64,000 nt of DNA from positions 3,100,001 through 3,164,000 of the forward strand of contig OX597820.1 of assembly GCA_951406725.2 (NCBI GenBank), read 5' to 3'. This DNA is from Octopus vulgaris (taxonomy: Eukaryota). The notes under the pieces were generated by a model. The model was not told the origin of the DNA. It made no database searches and saw only the letters and a list, made by a program, of their open reading frames with translations. Below, piece by piece: positions 41,522-53,525 of the stretch (position 1 is its first letter; each line of letters begins with the position of its first letter). A program made the position numbers and the translations under genes.

Positions 41522-41854
41522 TTTATTTTATACAATTCCATCGAACTTCTAATGTTTCAGATATAAAGAAACTGAAACAGCCTTAAAAGAAGAAGCATAT
41601 TCAAAAATATCCTGAAGTTAACAATGGATCTATAAGGAAATATTTAACAATTGGCCCCGTGCCGGTGGCACATAAAAGTACTCGCTACACTCTCGGAGTG
41701 GTTGGCGTTAGGAAGGGCATCCAGCTGTAGAAACTCTGCCAGATCAAGATTGAAGCCTGGTGCAGCCATCTGGTTCGCCAGCCCTTAGTCATTCATCCAA
41801 CCCATGCTAGCATGGAAAGCGGACGTTAAACGATGATGATGACAATGGATCTAT

Positions 41855-42088
41855 TAGCCACAGTGGATAGCATCTACATTTTTATGGCCAATAAAATCTA
41901 TGGTTGTTGAACTCAACATGTCAACGTATACAAGTGTTTCATCCATATTGTAAATCTGGTCAGCATCCTTATCTGCTATTAATACTGGAATGCTATCGAG
42001 ATAGTCGCTGGTGATTTGTGCCTTTTCTCCAAGTGTTTTATTGTCTGCTTGACCAACATGTGTAATCTTTCTCACGGTCAGTTTATTC
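41855..42088 (-). mobile_element. pogo-family (POGK/POGZ-like) transposase fragment
   Basis: NKLTVRKITHVGQ..QIYNMDETLVYVDMLSSTTIDFIGHKNV contains the pogo NMDET first-D motif. Confidence 0.8.
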
Positions 42089-42272
42089 CAACTTCACGGC
42101 AGGAGGTGCAGATGAGGGCAGCTGCATCGAACTCTCTCATGCACCAAATGTCAATTGCTAAAAAGCATTCGTGAAGTAAAATCATGTAGCAACACCGAAT
42201 GGCGGTGCCCCAGCATGGCCACAGCTCGTGTGCTGAAACTAGATGAAATGAAATGAAAAAATGAATGAAATG
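42088..42272 (+). mobile_element. 3' end of a CR1-group LINE whose tail is shared with SINE family A
   Basis: Reads ..QMRAAASNSLMHQ..*, an ORF2 C-terminal motif I recall from invertebrate CR1-like LINEs. It is followed by ggcggtgccccagcatggccacagc..gctgaaactag(atgaa)n. The same tail occurs at about 12528-12573 (-). Confidence 0.6.
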
Positions 42273-42859
42273 GCTATTTAACAAGGAGGCCCACTTGCTC
42301 CACCACCTGCCAGTATTTCTTGAGCAAGACCAACAACTCTGGCTAACACCATAAAACATTGAATCAAACTGAAAGGGTAAGATATTGTAGGGGAGCATCC
42401 GTTCTTTACTCATTCTGTCTGTCTTTAGGCAGAAAGTGTTTCTGTTTCAATTTTGTTATTTTCTGTCTGAAAGCAGAGCATGAAATACTATCGAATACCA
42501 AATTACTTGGCACGTAAAAAGCACCCACTACACTCACGGAGTGGTTGGCGTTAGGAAGGGCATCCAGCTGTAGAAACACTGCCAGATCAAACTGGGCCTG
42601 GTGCAGCCTTCTGGCTTCCCAGACCCCAGTTGAACCGTCCAACCCATGCCGGCATGGAAAACAGACGTTAAATGATGATGATGATGATGATGATGACCAA
42701 CAATGAACACCCAACCAGAATGACTGACCTCTAGAGAGAAAACAAACAATTTACAAGCCTGCAGCCTGTGTTTACTGACCAACAAACCTCACCACAAACA
42801 AGATGCAATGGAACTATGTTAATGTCCAGGTTACAGTTGGTGAGACAAAAACGTTGACA

Positions 42860-43450
42860 CCAAACAAATATTTAAGTGGAGTTAATATTCTGTGTGTGTT
42901 TTTGAATGGTTAATTAGGTGTTTTTTAAGCTGTCAAAGTAATTAGCAAATATATCAAGGATCTCTGATTTTTCTTGGAGCACTGTTTTGTTGTCGAGAAC
43001 AATGAGTTTTGTTGTGCCTCTTCTCTGTGGCCTGACTAAAAAAAAGGGCTTTCATATCATTTTTATCTGCAATGAAAAATGTAGCTCTTCAGCTTTGGCC
43101 TCCACCAATCTGATTCCAGTTTCCTCGTATATATTGTTACAGCTTTCTCCTTGCTTCATGTTTTCCATGCAGTTATTGCTTTAATTTCAGCACAACTTTT
43201 CAGATCAAATCCCTTTCCTGGTTAGTAAACCTCTAAAAAACTAAAAGGATTTTTCTAAAACTCAAATTTCAAATGTTTTCCAACTTGGAAAAAAACAAGT
43301 TACTCTTATCTGTGTGTGAGAGTTCTTGTCTTTAGCAGCAGCTTTCTCTCCATTACTCTTCTATAAAATCTGATGAGGATATTGTCAACTGGTTGTCACA
43401 TTTTTACAGTTTATAACAGATGATTGTCTCCCTTCTCAAACTACACATTT
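42860..43450 (-). mobile_element. Highly degenerate RTE(-BovB-like) ORF2 fragment
   Basis: Remnants EAKAEEL..DKNDMKA..EILDIFANYFDSL resemble the RTE EN-RT linker. Confidence 0.5.
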
Positions 43451-44191
43451 GCTTCTTTCAGACTGTGGCCATACTGGAGCACCACCTTTAGTCGAATAAA
43501 TCAACCACAGGACTTATTTTTTGTAAGCCTAGTATTTATAGTATCTGTCGCTTTTTGCCAAATCGCTAAGTGATGGGGACATAAACACACCAACATCGGT
43601 TGTCAAGCGATGGTGGGGGGAGACAAACACTGACACAAACAACAAATGCATATATACATACATATATATACATATACATATATGACGGGCTTCTTTCAGT
43701 TTTGATCTACTGATAACCACTCACAAGGCTTTGGTCGGCCAAAGGCTATAGTAGAAGACACTTGCCCAAGGTGCCACACAGTGGGACTGAACCCAGAACC
43801 ATGTGGTTGGGGAGCAAGCTTCTTACCACACAACCACTCCTGCACCTATAAGCCGCTTCTGTGCGTATAAACTGTTCATAACTTTTCATTGCTCTCCTCT
43901 GGCTTCAGAATGTTTCCGTATCTGTGTAGGTGAAGGTTTCCACAACATAAGAATTACCTTCTGACAGGTTACCCTTGTACATGTAATACAGATTTTGTTT
44001 GTGAATAAATCTACTAAAATATTAATGCTTTGGTGTGTGTGACTGTGTTGTATGAAGTTTGCTTTCCAACCTCATGATTCAGAGTTCAGTCCCACTGTGT
44101 GGCACCTTGGGCAGATTTCTTCTCCTATAACCTTGGGCTAATCGAAGTGGATTTGGTTGATGGAAACTGAAAGAAGCCCATCATACATACA

Positions 44192-44278
<87 letters not shown>

Positions 44279-45438
44279 CGTTGAATCTGTGTTTGTCCCC
44301 CAGCATCACTTGGCAACCAGTGTTGGAGTGTTTACATCCCCATAGCTTAGTGGTTTAGCAAAAAGGGGGAAGATAAAATAAGCACCAAGCTTAAAAGAAA
44401 AAGAAAAAAACCCAAAACTACTGGGGGTCAATTCATTCGACTACAAAATTCTTCAAAGTGGTGCCCCAGCATGGCCGCAGTCCAATGACTGAAACAAGTA
44501 AACAAATAAAAGCCAACAGAGCTACAAAGCACCAATGAATTAAGTATGAGAATAAAGGAAAGCAGCGCCACCGCTAACAGAAGAACTGAAGCAGCCAAAG
44601 ATTCCCAGCTGCAAAAGATCAAATGATGTGGAAGTAGGATTGTCATGGAAACCTGATCTTCACATAAATGTTAACAAAGGAAGAGTAAGTGCACCGTTTC
44701 ATGGGATGTTTAGTTCAATGCTTGGATATTATTGGAATCTGGCCAAAGAGTTTGTAGCAGCTGTGAGCTCAACGTTTATCTGCTGTCTTTTACTTGTTTC
44801 AGTCGTTGGACTACGGTCATGCTGGGGCACCGGCATGAATGGTTTAACCCCTTAGCATCTAAACCAGCTTTGGCCGGACTGTCTATTCTATCTGTTTTAT
44901 AATCATAATGGCCGTATCCAGATTCTCACGCCTATAAAATGTCGTTGTCAGCATTAACGATCCCATAATTGAAATCTCAAAGCTATGAGACAATGCATGG
45001 TTTATTCAAAATAAGGCAAATAAAAAAAAACTTTGCGTTTCTCACAGAAATCTCGATGCCAAAAGCTTAACAAAACAAATCCTCCTCTGCACATATGGTT
45101 TTTTTTTTTGTTTCTATTTTTTGTGTCTTTAATCTCATAATTATTCTAGTTGTCTCTTTTTGTCAAACTCCTAAATTATGGGGATGTAAACGAACCAAAG
45201 CTGGTTGCCAAACACCTGGGGTGGGGGCGGGGGGGGGGGGAGCAGGACAAGCACAAACACAAAAATAAGCAATCAAGAGCATACATATTCACACACACAC
45301 ACACACATAAATATGTGTATATGCCAGCATGGAAAGTGGAAGTTAAATGATGATGATGATACACACACACGCACACACACACATGTGTGTATATATATAT
45401 ATTCACACATACTTATTTGTTTATAAAATTAAAATATA

Positions 45439-45850
45439 GGTGCAGGAGTGGCTGTGTGGTAAGTAGCTTGCTAACCAACCACATGGTTCCGGGTTCAGTC
45501 CACTGCGTGGCATCTTGGGCAAGTGTCTTCTGCTATAGCCCCGGGCCGACCAATGCCTTGTGAGTGGATTTGGTAGACGGAAACTGAAAGAAGCCTGTCG
45601 TATATATGTATATATATATGTGTGTGTGTGTATATGTTTGTGTGTCTGTGTTTGTCCCCCTAGCATTGCTTGACAACCGATGCTGGTGTGTTTACGTCCC
45701 CGTCACTTAGTGGTTCGGCAAAAGGGACCGATAGAATAAGTACTGGGCTTACAAAAGAATAAGTCCTGGGGTCGAGTTGCTCGACTAAAGGCGGTGCTCC
45801 AGCATGGCCACAGTCAAATGACTGAAACAAGTAAAAGAGTAAAAGAGAGA
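45439..45850 (+). mobile_element. tRNA-derived SINE family A, full-length copy (CORE-like body; probably one of the described octopus OK/OR families)
   Basis: A-box tggctgtgtggt, B-box gggttcagtcc, cttgggcaagtg core, internal (TA)/(TG) tract and tail ..gactgaaacaagtaaaagag. About 20 copies, e.g. 1045-1355, 1731-2460, 2905-3281, 12983-13390, 16950-17345, 24080-24400, 31840-32236, 33710-34035, 40210-40612, 43460-43850, 44030-44510, 49745-50090, 54335-54680, 54710-55135, 57230-57600. Confidence 0.92.
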
Positions 45851-46309
45851 GAGTATATATATATATATATTATTTGCCCATACCGAGTGTGGTGTCCTAT
45901 ACAGGACAATGCTACTGATGTTTATAGCCCCAGGAAGACATCTCCTCCAGCTGACTAATGACACATATTTGTGTCTGATTAGTATTTGCGAGGGGAGTTC
46001 ATCGCTCCCATCTCTAGCCTTACGTGATACACACAGACTCGAGTTTCTGGGTGGTTACCCATCCTCAGCATGTGTTAATCCTCAGCTAGCCATTGGAAGC
46101 TCATTCCACTCGCAAATTACTATATATTTTTCTACAAAGCTTCCCCACTTCAAGATATATCTTGCTGGCTTCACGGCGTACCCAACCAAGGGACATAACT
46201 CTTAACCTAATCCCCTGGCCCCTTTTTTGTTTCACCACCTTTTTTCACAGCAGCTGCTGACCAGTTGTGCAATCTACCTCTGACAATACAAAGGAGCTGC
46301 CATATTCCC

Positions 46310-46418
46310 TTCCATATTGGCTAACTCTGATGAGTGTAAAGTTATATAATCAGATTGTTACCTAACACTCCATTGTATTCTTTATGCGAAACTGATTGGT
46401 AAGATCAGCCGTGGTGGA
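46310..46418 (+). ncRNA. Type I hammerhead ribozyme with complete catalytic core
   Basis: ggctaact-CTGATGA(46327-33)-gtgtaaag..ctttatgc-GAAAC(46388-92)-t-gatt-g-GTA(46399-401)^-agatcagcc. All three stems can form; stem I is imperfect. Confidence 0.72.
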
Positions 46419-46517
46419 TATTTAAATTATTTTATGGATAAATATATATATATATATATACATACATAAATATATGTATATATATGATCAAAATAAGTAA
46501 CAAGTTGTCAAGTATTA

Positions 46518-46607
46518 GTGCAATATGACCGTTTCAAGCAGCTCGATGTAATTGAACAATGCAAGCATTATATCAATTTAAACACAGCGCTATCTTCAGC
46601 TGCAATA
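46518..46607 (-). ncRNA. Hammerhead-like motif on the opposite strand, long stem II
   Basis: CTGAAGA(46599-93)-t-agcgct..aattga..taatgc/gcattg..tcaatt..agctgct-t-GAAAC(46535-31)-g-GTC. Stem I is weak. Confidence 0.5.
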
Positions 46608-46853
46608 AACATGGAATTTCAACAGACAAGATATATTAATATAATTTTTCTCAAACATTTTGTCAGAGTTTAGAGGATGAAAGAATTTCATGCTGTCACT
46701 ATTGCAGCAAGAATAATCTAAGAGAAGAACTAAAATTTTGGAGTGGCATGGAACACGGTGAGGGTCATAGGCTTATAATTCATTTCTAATTTTTTTATCT
46801 ACCTTCTTATCATCAACAAAAGATCTATATGCATGTATACACACACACATATA

Positions 46854-47743
46854 CAAGGGGATACCCAAAAGAAACTGGAATTTTGTAATATTATTTTATT
46901 CACTTAGTTTTTACATGTTTATACTTTTAAAACCTTCAAAGTATTTTCCATTCCGGACGTGTTTTCCACTGGTCAAAGCAGTTTTGCAACTCTTGTGAAG
47001 TGATGCATTTTAACTCTTGTGTAACTTTTTTTCTTCACCTCTTCCACATCGGCAAATTCCATAGCACCAGCTTTCATCTTCACTGATGACCTTTGCAAAA
47101 AGGTCCAGATCAACTCCCAGCTGTTCTTTTAGTTCACGACATGCATTCAGTCGTGACTGCTTTTGATCATCTGTGAGCAGGTTAGGCACAAATTTTACTG
47201 CAACTCTTTTCATTCACAATTCTTCACTCGAAATTCATTGGTAGGAGCTCCAGGACACACCAGTCATAGCAACAAGTTCGTCAATTGTTCGGTGATGGTC
47301 TTCTAAGATGAATTCACAAATTTTCATAATGTTTTCCTTCATTTGGGAGATCAATGGTTATCCTGAATGAGATTGGTCTTCAAACAACAAGTGACCATTC
47401 TTAAAGCATGGAAACCACTCGTAAACTTGTATTTTGCTCATGGAACCTTCCTTGTAAGCTGTTTGAAGTATGACAACTGTTTCAGCTGCCATTTCCCCCA
47501 AAAGAAAACAGAATTTTACGGAAGCACGCTGTTTCTTCATTTCAGCCATTGCAAACATCGGCAAACAGGGGAGAAGTACTGCAAAAGAAAGGTGCACCAC
47601 GTGGCAGTGTGACCTCAGTGGATGCAGCCAGTTGGCAGACTGATGCCTGAGGGTCCCATCAAGTGGTTTCTAGTGGCAGAAGCCTAAAGTAGAATGGTCT
47701 TCTCCCACAGAGAACGTTTGTGATTACTTTTGGGTCCTCTTCA
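46854..47743 (-). mobile_element. Internally deleted mariner transposon
   Basis: TA-flanked TIRs (caaggggatacccaaaag / tgaagaggacccaaaag). Transposase remnants QRASVKFCFLLG..AETVV.LQTAY..VYEWF, KFVPNLLTDDQKQSRL..VISEDESWCYG, then a jump to the C-terminal CFDQWK..KYFEG. Confidence 0.9.
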
Positions 47744-47744
47744 T

Positions 47745-47812
<68 letters not shown>

Positions 47813-47829
47813 ACATATATATACATATA

Positions 47830-48185
47830 TATTATTACAAATTTGCAGTATTTTACCAATAGAACCGCAACTCCTATTTCAGGTCAATCTTATTGTCTGG
47901 AATACACATCATCATCATCATCGTTTAATGTCCGTTTTCCAAACTAGCATGGGTTGGACCACATAGAAGGTTATCTCCAATATAATAATAAAATAATATA
48001 AGCTTCTTTCCCCCACAGACTAATAACAGCTAAGTTATATCTATATATATACTTTTTCAAATATTTAAAAAATTTTTATTTTATTATTATATTGATCACT
48101 TTCTATGTGTATTCCAGACAATAAGGTTATCCTGGAATAGGAGTTGTGATTCTATTGGTAAATTCCCAAATTTGTAATAATATTA
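47830..48185. repeat. Fold-back element, left arm interrupted by a short family C tail
   Basis: 47830-47909 plus 47961-47997 are the reverse complement of about 48075-48185. The insert is flanked by duplicated cacat. Confidence 0.75.
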
Positions 48186-48294
48186 TAAATGATACTATTT
48201 ACATTGCATTAGTAAAGTGTAAAATAGTAAAATGTAAAATAGTAAATGTCTTGATAACCTGGAATACTTATTATTCCCAAAAATTTTTTAAAAT

Positions 48295-48745
48295 CATCAT
48301 CATCATCGTTTAACGTCCGCTTTCCATGCTAGCATGGGTTGGACGATTTTGACTGAGGGCTGGTGAACCAGATGGCTGCACTAGGCCCCAATCTTGATCT
48401 GGCAGAGTTTCTACAGCTGGATGCCCTTCCTAACGCCAACCAATCCGAGAGTGTAGTGGGCGCTTTTTACGTGCCACCGGCATGGGGCCAGTCAGGCGGT
48501 ACTGGCAACGACCTTGCTCGAATCTTTTTACACATGCCACCGGCACAGGTGCCAGTAAGGCGACATTGGTAATGATCACGCTCGAATGGTGCCCTTTTAT
48601 GTGCCACTGGCACAGAAGCCAGTTGGCTGCTCTGGCAACAATCACACTCGGATGGTGTTCTTGGCACCCTACTAGCACAAGCACAGGTGCCAGTAAGGCA
48701 AGGCTGGTAACGATCACACTCGAATGGTGCCCTTTTATGTGCCAG
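48295..48745 (-). mobile_element. Family C (RTE 3' UTR) copy with several tandem modules
   Basis: Representative copy. Others lie at about 372-680, 3625-3805, 8005-8490, 11812-12188, 13610-13787, 14410-14620, 32340-32640, 33012-33382, 36953-37335, 37612-38060, 41653-41842, 42508-42696, 53578-53795, 53982-54315, 55418-55688 and 60900-61165. Confidence 0.9.
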
Positions 48746-49908
48746 ATATATATATATATATTTATACAATACACACACACTCATGTATACATATGTGCAA
48801 TGAGCTTTCATGCAATTTTCATCTATTGTATTCACTCAGAGTATTGGTTACCCTGGGACACTTGTGCAAAAGTTTCACAACAGGTTGAACCTGAGACTTC
48901 AAGGCTGCAAAACAAGTTTCTCAACAGCGCAACTATATCCAAAACATTATAAATTACACCAAAGAATTCATGGAGGAGTGGCAAAGGCAAATGAGGGTAA
49001 AGCATTTTTGAAGCTCATTAAACAAATTACAAAGTAATTTTACACTTAAATGGTGTCATTATTGGCGATATTAAATATGGGCTGTACCTCATCACAAATG
49101 CAAATGAGGGTTCTTTCACATGGTCACTAAATTTGGTAGAAATAGTAACCAATCTCTTCAAAATCTGCAAATCACTAAAGGAGCCTTTGTGCAGTCGTTT
49201 AGCCTGCTAAAAATAGTAGCCAGATCTCCTTCAAATTTTGCATAAGCATTTTAAAAATAGATGAATATATGGACAAATGTTATACGCTAGAAAAGAAAAC
49301 AAGATGAGGAAGTCTGGAATGCTGGCTGTCATCGTCGTCATCATCGTCATCATCATCATCATCTTTGTCATCATCATCATCATCATCGTCATCATTTAAT
49401 GTCCATTTTTCGAAGCCTGCACAGGTCTGATGGAACGTGTCAAGTCATTATCCATGGTTGGATGACCTCACCATCCATCACCTGTTTCTAAACAAGGTAA
49501 TATCTACCTGTGGCCAGACATGTTTTTCAAAGAGCAGAATCACTTGTATGATGTTGATGCCTACTTACCACCATCTCACACACACACACACACATGAATA
49601 TATATAAAAAGCAAATAAGTGACAAGGATGTCCAGGTATTAGTGCATTACGGCCATTTCAAGTGGCTCCATTTAATTGATCAATTAATTATATCTTGTGT
49701 GTGTGTATGTATGTATATATATAAACACACACACACACACACACATTCTTTTATTTATTTCAGTCATTTGACTGTGGCCATGCTGGAGCACCACCTTTAG
49801 CCGAACAAATCGACCTCAGGTCTTTTTCTTTGTAAGACTAGTACTTATCCTATCAGTCTCTTTTACCAAACTGCTAGGTTACGGGGACAAACACAGACAC
49901 ACAAACAT

Positions 49909-49945
<37 letters not shown>

Positions 49946-50518
49946 CATAACAGGCTTCTTTCAGTTTCTGTGAGAAATTCACTCACAAGGCTTTGGTTGG
50001 CCCATGGCTATAGTATACGACGCAGTGGGACTGAACCTGGAACCATGTGGTTGGTAAGCAAGCAACTTACCACACAGCCACTCCTGCACCTATATACGTA
50101 AATATAAAATGGGCTTCTTTTAGTTTCCATCTTCCAAGTTCACCCACCAGGCTTTAGTTGACCTGGGGATATAAAAAAAAGCTTATCCAGGGTGCTGTGT
50201 AGTGGGACTGAAACTGAGACCACATGGTTGAGAAGCAGGCTTTTTAGCCACCCAGAGCCTGCACTTATATTGGAAATTTGCTGACACAAAAGTACTCAAA
50301 GCTTACCTGCTTATAACGGCCCTTCAAAGGTGATGACAGCATGAGTCCAGGACACTCATCCTTGTTTGTCTCCAGCATATTGTTTCTCAAGGGAACGGAC
50401 ATGGCTGACAAGGCCGATGCAAGATAGGGGTAGATCCTGTAGCACTAAGGGTACTGAAAATAACCCCAAACAACCGCTGCATGGGGTTGATGGTCACATC
50501 TCCTCTCTTCATGCAGCC

Positions 50519-50685
50519 CACCAGCATAGCTAGAGTGTGTGCCACCCGGGGTGGCCCTTCTGTTTGCTGCCCCTCGGACCACACAAAAAACACATATTGC
50601 CTTCAGCAGACCCAAAAATGCTGCCCTTTAAAAGTGACCCCTGGAGTGGACTGCGCCTACTGCCCCTCCCCCAGCTATGCTAGTG
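50519..50685. mobile_element. hAT-type MITE
   Basis: TIRs CACCAGCATAGCT / AGCTATGCTAGTG and 8-bp TSD atgcagcc/atgcggcc. Confidence 0.8.
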
Positions 50686-51344
50686 ATGCGGCCTCCTCCA
50701 TTTGGTTTCAGGGTTTACTCCATCGTCACACATGGACTTCTGTGGCAGTTAATTGGAATAGTTAAAGAAACATAGTCAGACATGAGTCTTGGAGAAAATA
50801 TTAAAATGTGATGATTCTGTAGAAAAAAGTCTTTGATCTTGGCAGCTGCTTCCAGCACAATTTTTATCCAAATCCATTTCCCAAAACTTGCTGTAATTAC
50901 AATGTGGCCCATCAGAGAAGTGAGCCCTGCAAGGTGGGTTGGCTTCTGCAGTGAGTGTCACTGGCCATTCTCTGCTACAATGCCACCCTGGTCATGTCTG
51001 CTGGGCACAGCCCAACATACACTTTGTTCTGGGGTGGACTCCCCCACCCTATCTTCTGCCGCTTAATCTTTCCCGACTTCTCTTTCTTTGCTTCCTCGTA
51101 ATTAAATTGGGATTCAATCTTTATGTAAGTAAAACTGATTTTATTATACCAACTTGTACATGGTTCCTTGACATGCTAGAAATAGAAACCAAATTTCTTT
51201 CACATTCCCTTCACCATTTTAAAAACAGACGTCACATTGTATAATGCTGTCTCAGGTGGATGGCTATGAGTGGAATGCCCAAGACAGTAGGGTTCTTCAA
51301 TCAGGAATCGCAAGCTAAATCTGATACTTCATCAGTTACATCAA

Positions 51345-51625
51345 CAAGGATTTCAGGTGATCCGCTCAACGGAACAGCCTCCTCAAGAAATGAACATCCA
51401 AGTGGCTGAGCGTTCCACAGACATGCACACCTTTGATGTAGTTCTCAGGGTGATTCAGCAAAAATGTGACAAGGCTGGCCCCTTTTGAATGACAGGTACA
51501 ACTCATTGTTGCTGGCTGAGTGGACTGGGTGAATAAAGTGTTTTGCTCAAGGAGACAACCTGCCACTGGGAATTGAACTCATGAGCTTACAGTTGTGAGC
51601 CAAAAACCCCTGACCACCAAACCAC
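51345..51625 (-). mobile_element. Older tRNA SINE sharing the family D 3' tail
   Basis: Tail ..gtgtctgtgga..gctcagccact..ggctgttccgttga with a different body. Related pieces at about 5640-5800 and 60380-60770. Confidence 0.7.
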
Positions 51626-52213
51626 ACGTTTTCAGTAGAGCCGAAAAGCAACAACAGCAGCAACAACAACAACTGCAACAACAACAAATGCAACAAAAGC
51701 AACAAATACAAAAACAACAAATGCTAAAACAACAACAAACAATAAACGGCAGCACCATAAAAAACTAGAACAGACCACATAACATGGCTGACCTGAAAAG
51801 TCTTCTCGGCCGATGATGTTATCGTTGCAGTGAGACATTTTAAGTTGTGATAGGAGAGAAAATAGTTTTGCAACCACCACATGGAACTCCTCAAATTCCT
51901 TAAATAAACTGTGATAAGGAAGAACGTGTCAAACCATTGTAGAGGCTTCTTGAGCGGGAGGAAGGGAGGGGGGCATGAAATTCAAGCATCAAATACAGAA
52001 ATATTTCACCAACGATGCTTGGTTTCTAGTCGAGCACGAAGACACATTTAGTGAGTCTGGTTCTGAAGGCATTTGCATTCAGGGAGGCCGTAAAATAAAA
52101 TATACATTCATATATAATAAATATGCATATGTGTATGTGTGTGTGTGTGTATATTGTATGTATGTATATATATATATATATATATACATATGTGTGTGTG
52201 TGTGTGTGTGTGT

Positions 52214-52445
52214 AAGGCGGCAAGCTGGCAGAAACGTTAGCACGCCGGGCAAAATGCGTAGCCGTATTTCGTCTGTCGTTTCGTTCTGAGTTCAAATTTT
52301 GCCGAGGTCGACTTTGCCTTTCATCCTTTCGGGGTCAATAAATTAAATACCAGTTATGCACTGAGGTCAATGTAATTGACTTAATCCCTTTGTCTGTCCT
52401 TGTTTGTCCCCTCTGTGTTTAGCCCTTTGTGGGCAGTAAAGAAAT
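52214..52445 (+). mobile_element. tRNA-derived SINE family B
   Basis: Head aaggcggc.agctggcagaa, B-box gagttcaaatt, body gtcgactttgcctttcatcctttcggggtc.ataaa..accag (resembles the Meta/MESC SINE domain as I recall it). Other copies at about 4123-4348 (19-bp TSD tattaaaccattttaatat), 11074-11250, 15711-16100, 28760-28970, 29330-29520 and 34290-34800. Confidence 0.85.
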
Positions 52446-52456
52446 ATATATATATA

Positions 52457-52496
<40 letters not shown>

Positions 52497-52526
52497 GTCA
52501 TCATCATTATCATAATATATATATTA

Positions 52527-53112
52527 CAGGGGTTGGACAAAATAATGGAAACACCTTAAAATTTCAAGCAAATTTATTTTAATATGGGGTAGGACCGCCT
52601 TTGGCAGTAATTACAGCTTGAATTCTATGAGATATGGACTCGTACAAAGTTTGAATTGTTTCCAAAGGAATTTTTGTCCATTCCCAGCTAGAGCAGTCTC
52701 CAGTTCTTGTAGTGATGATGGTGGAGGATATCAACTCCTTATTTGTTTTTCTAAAATGCACCATAAATGTTCAATAATATTGAGATCTGGGGACTGTGCT
52801 GGCCAGATAAGATGTTCAACTTCACTAGAATGTTCCTCATGCCATTCAGTAACAACTTTAGCTGTGTGAATTGGTGCTTTTTCATTCTGAAAGATTGTGT
52901 TTCCCTCTTTGAAAGTCCGATAGATCTGTCATTTTAATGAATTTTAATTATCTTTTTCTGATGATATCTGAAAAGAAACAGCCTTTTTAGTGAAACATAT
53001 TAAGCAACAAATCAAAAGACATAAAGAGAAACAAACTTTTGACGGTTTTATAGATATTTCCAAATTATGATGCTCTGATGCTGGGTGTTTCCATTACTTG
53101 GCTCAACCCCTG
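52527..53112 (-). mobile_element. Internally deleted Tc1-like (DD34E) transposon
   Basis: TA TSD and TIR CAGGGGTTG..AA.TAATGGAAACACC. Remnant reads FQNEKAPIHTAKVV.EW..WPAQSPDLNIIEHLW..IP.ETIQTLYESI..RIQAVITAKGGPTPY, with a stop and a frameshift. Confidence 0.92.
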
Positions 53113-53139
53113 TATATATACACATATGTGTACATACAC

Positions 53140-53525
53140 ACTTTATTCTCTAGAAAAACGACGGCGCCGTGGAGATCTCATTCTTGCCCATAACATCATA
53201 AGCGGAAAGTGTAACCTCTCGAAGGAGCTGTTCTTCACTCCTGCTCCGGAGCGTCGACTGCGGGGTCACTCCGAAAAGCTCTATCTGCGACGATTTCATC
53301 CCAATCGAAGGAGAGGGGCTTTCTCCGTCCGGGTTGCGGATCCGTGGAATAAGCTGCCAGACGAGATGGTGTAGATGCCGACGACCGCTCGGTTCAAGGT
53401 CTCCCTTGACCTCAAGTGGCCTGAACTCTTTACATGAACACCACTCTGTACATAACTCCATGTCCCCCTACATGGCCTTGCTTTTTGCTTTTTGAGCCAA
53501 AAAATTAACTACCTAACTAACTAAT
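53140..53525 (+). mobile_element. 5'-truncated CR1 LINE, young
   Basis: LYSLEKRRRRGDLI..RLRGHSEKL..FSVRVADPWNKLP is the typical CR1 ORF2 C-terminus. CpGs are intact and there is a (TAAC)n tail. Confidence 0.9.

Noticed and set aside
48440-48745. CRISPR-like repeat-spacer pattern
   Set aside because: Eukaryotic context, no cas genes, spacers homologous to each other, and part of an RTE 3' UTR.
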